A stretch of DNA of 64,000 nt from Nannocystis bainbridge (GTDB lineage Bacteria; Myxococcota_A; Polyangia; Nannocystales; Nannocystaceae): positions 2,784,001 through 2,848,000 of the forward strand of contig NZ_JAQNDL010000001.1 in the NCBI RefSeq assembly GCF_028368995.1, read 5' to 3'. A program made the translations under genes and the position numbers. Below the pieces are notes generated by a model, which was not told the DNA's origin, made no database searches, and saw only the letters and a program-made list of their open reading frames with translations. This document shows positions 61,176 to 64,000 of the stretch, one piece after another. Every line of letters begins with the position of its first letter. The stretch's first letter is position 1.

Positions 61176-64000
61176 TCAGCGCTTGAGCCGGAACATCCCC
61201 GCCGGGGGCGCTGGCGCCGGTGCAGACGCGCCGTTCTTGCTGCCGAGAAAGGCCTGCGCCGACTTGTTGTCCGGATCGATCTTCAGCACCCGCTGATAGT
61301 AATCGGCCGCGCGGTCGTAGCGGGTCATCGCCTCGTTGACCTGGGCCAGCCCGAGCAGCGCCGTCAGGTTGCGTTCGTTCGTCGCCGCCATCAGCTGCTC
61401 GAAGTACACCTCGGACTGCGGGAAGTCGCCGATCGTCTTCAGCCCCTGCGCCAGGCAGCGCAGCGCCTCGACCTGGAACGGCTTCTCTGCCAGCACCGCT
61501 TGCAAGATCTTCGCGCCGGCCTCCGCGTCGCGCGCCCGCACCTGGAAGCAGCCCTCGTCGATGCGCTCCTCGATCGTCTTCTTCCGCTTCTGCCCGACGT
61601 TCGGGCTCTGCGGCGGCTTGTCGATCGGCTTGGCCGTGGTCGCGCCGGTCGCCTTGCCGGCCGTCCCGGATTCGTCGGGCAGATCGTGCTCCGGCCCGCC
61701 GGTCGTCGTGCCCGCGGTCGTGTCGCTCGCCTCCGCCCCGGCCGTCGCCTGCTCGGGCGGCTTGTCACCGGCGGGCGTGCTCGTCGCGTTCGTCACCGTC
61801 GCCAGCGGCGGCGCCGGATCTTTGGTCTCGAAGCGCGGATCGTCCTGCTTCGCCGGCTCGCGGTCCGGCACGTCGCGCTTGCCCTCGCTCTCGATCTCCG
61901 TCAGACCGCGCGCATCGTTGGCCCCGCGCTCGCCGTCCTGCGCCGCCTCGCGCAGGCTCGGCCCTGCCAGCTGCAGCACCAGCAAGATCAGCGCCGCGCT
62001 GGCGCACAGCCCCAGCAATGCATAGACCCCGCGGCCGGGCGCCGCCGCGATCGGCACCGACGGCGGCGTGACCTGCGACTGCGTCGAGGCTCGCTCGTGA
62101 GGCGAAGGGGCTCGTGCCTGCGCGAGCGTCTGCTCGTGCATCCGCGCGGCCCCCGTGGGCGCGTGCAGGATCCGTTCGGGCGCCTCGATCTCCGCGCCCG
62201 TCACCGTCAGCTCGTCCCTCGCCATCTCCGCCGCCGTCGCCTGCACCGCCGTCGCCGACAGCGCCGCCGTCGTCAGCGTCTCCTCGTTCGTGCGCGCGTC
62301 GTCGTCGTCGAGCTCCGCCTGCCACGCCCGCCTCGCCGCTTCTTTGCGCGCCGCCAGCTCCGCCCGCTCCGGCCGCTCCGGCCTCATGGCTTCGCTGCGC
62401 GCCTCGGGCTCGAGCTCGGCCTTCTCCACTCGCCCCGGCTTCATCGGCGCGGCCGCCATCGGTCCTGCGGCCACGGGCGGCGGGCTCGTCGAAGCCGCGA
62501 TCTCGCGCGGTCGGGCCAGCGGCGCCGACTTCACCGGCGGCGGTGCGCCCTGGGCCCGCGCGGGCGTCACGGGTCCTGCCGCCGCCAGCGGCCCCGACTC
62601 CGGCAGCGGCAGCGTCGCGAACATCGCCGTCCACGTCGGCGCCATCTCCTGCTGCTTCGGCGGCGGAGCCGGCGACCGCTCCTCGCTGTCCGCCCACGCC
62701 GTCGCCAGCGCCTGCGTGAACTCGGCCGCCGACGTGAAGCGGCGCTCGATCTCCCACGCCACCCCCTTCTTGAGCACGTCCTTCAGCAGCCCCCCGCAGT
62801 GCAGGCGGTCGATGAAGCGGTCGGCGTCGCGGACCACCTCGAGCGGCAGCTCGGCCCCGTGCAGCCCGAACACCGCCGTCATCGCCAGCCCGTAGATGTC
62901 GGCGCGGTGGTCGGCGTCTTGCGGTCGGTTCAGCACCTCGGGCGCCGCGTAGATGAACGACCCCATCGGCCCGGTGCGGGTCGAGCCTGGCGAGTCCTGT
63001 TCACGGACCAGATCGAAGTCCGTCAGCTTGGCCGCGCCGACGTCGCCGAGCAGCACGTTCGACGGCTTCACGTCGCGGTGGACCAGCCCGCGCGCGTGCG
63101 CGTGGACCAGCGCCTGTCCGACCGCGACGATGCCCGCGACCACCTGGTCGTGCGTCAGCTTCCGGTCCAGCACCGCCTCGTGGAGCGTGCCGCCGGCCAT
63201 GTACTCCATCACGAAGAAGTGGCGGCCCGCCTCCTCCCCGTACGGCTCGAGCACCTGCACGATCGCCGGGTGCTGCAGCTCCGACATCTTCCACGCCCCG
63301 CGGAAGAAGCGGTCGCGGCGGGTCTTGTCCTCCGCGAACTGCCCGTGCAGCACCTTCAGCGCCACCTCGCGCTGGTTCCTCTCGTCGCGCGCGTGCCACA
63401 CCGTGGCGAACCCGCCCTGCCCGATCTGCGCGATCAGGCGGTAGCGGCCGCGGCCCAGCACGTCGCCCTCGCGCAGCTGCGCCCCCTCGCGAAACTCCCG
63501 CTTCAGCGCCGCGATCTCGATCTCGACCTCGGTCGTCGCGCCGCCCTCGTCGCTGAGCTGCTGGCGCTTCGTCAGCGCCACCTCGAGCTTGCGGCCGAGC
63601 GTCGCCTTCGCGCCCGCGACCTTGAGGTCGAGCGGCCCGCCGGTCCCGAACACGCGCGCGTACACCTCGTTGCGGAACGGGTCCATCCCGCGGCACAGGC
63701 CCGTCAGCTGCAGCTCCTGGCGGTCCGCCTCGCCGAGCTCCTCCCCGTCGACCAGCCGGCGAAACAGCATCGCCAGGCGGCTGTCCTGCGTGACCAGGCG
63801 GAAGATGTTGTAGAAGTGGATGTTGCGCGGGCTCTCGGCGACGATCGTCGCCACCACCGCGTCGACATCGCTGGCGTCGAGCTTCTTGGCCCCGCGGGCG
63901 GCGCGGCTCCACAGCGCCTCGAACACCAGCTGGCACAGGAACACCGAGCCCCCCGTCAGCTCGAACACCCGCCCCACCAGGTCGGGCCCCGCGAACGCGC
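61176..64000 (-). CDS. Ser/Thr kinase with TM and C-terminal TPR; 5' end outside the window (preceded by an AAA/STAND-like helical tail)
   Basis: IGQGGFA, VALK, HRDVKPSN, DFD, GSFIYAAPE; N-terminal RVFELTGGSVFLCQ...FRNEVYARVF. Confidence 0.9.
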   Translation of the reverse strand, partial: AFAGPDLVGRVFELTGGSVFLCQLVFEALWSRAARGAKKLDASDVDAVVATIVAESPRNIHFYNIFRLVTQDSRLAMLFRRLVDGEELGEADRQELQLTGLCRGMDPFRNEVYARVFGTGGPLDLKVAGAKATLGRKLEVALTKRQQLSDEGGATTEVEIEIAALKREFREGAQLREGDVLGRGRYRLIAQIGQGGFATVWHARDERNQREVALKVLHGQFAEDKTRRDRFFRGAWKMSELQHPAIVQVLEPYGEEAGRHFFVMEYMAGGTLHEAVLDRKLTHDQVVAGIVAVGQALVHAHARGLVHRDVKPSNVLLGDVGAAKLTDFDLVREQDSPGSTRTGPMGSFIYAAPEVLNRPQDADHRADIYGLAMTAVFGLHGAELPLEVVRDADRFIDRLHCGGLLKDVLKKGVAWEIERRFTSAAEFTQALATAWADSEERSPAPPPKQQEMAPTWTAMFATLPLPESGPLAAAGPVTPARAQGAPPPVKSAPLARPREIAASTSPPPVAAGPMAAAPMKPGRVEKAELEPEARSEAMRPERPERAELAARKEAARRAWQAELDDDDARTNEETLTTAALSATAVQATAAEMARDELTVTGAEIEAPERILHAPTGAARMHEQTLAQARAPSPHERASTQSQVTPPSVPIAAAPGRGVYALLGLCASAALILLVLQLAGPSLREAAQDGERGANDARGLTEIESEGKRDVPDREPAKQDDPRFETKDPAPPLATVTNATSTPAGDKPPEQATAGAEASDTTAGTTTGGPEHDLPDESGTAGKATGATTAKPIDKPPQSPNVGQKRKKTIEERIDEGCFQVRARDAEAGAKILQAVLAEKPFQVEALRCLAQGLKTIGDFPQSEVYFEQLMAATNERNLTALLGLAQVNEAMTRYDRAADYYQRVLKIDPDNKSAQAFLGSKNGASAPAPAPPAGMFRLKR

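Overview
Very GC-rich (about 74% by eye) bacterial chromosomal DNA with a myxobacterial, Nannocystis-like gene repertoire (inferred from gene content). It holds about 36 genes: three Ser/Thr kinases, many Cys-rich lipoproteins with Thr-rich linkers, carotenoid-related genes (CrtY-type cyclase, Rieske protein, ABA4-like), a CusCBA-type heavy-metal RND pump, an ABC-F ATPase, an ERI-1-like exonuclease, a 3,165-aa membrane-tethered protein with YegP/DUF1508-like repeats, and an SGNH / ferritin-like / carbamoyltransferase / small-protein operon resembling sxtIJKL. I found no rRNA, tRNA, CRISPR array or transposase. The main unexplained signal is a 14-bp palindrome, TGTCC-N4-GGACA. I counted 30 strict TGTC-N6-GACA copies by hand, plus dozens of degenerate ones. 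It forms head-to-tail arrays of up to 6 units at exactly 14-bp period in intergenic gaps, and it also occurs inside coding sequences, where A/T-ending codons run against the genome's GC3 bias. This suggests an undescribed genome-wide DNA-binding or chromosome-organising code. All family assignments come from motifs recognised by eye; no database search was run.
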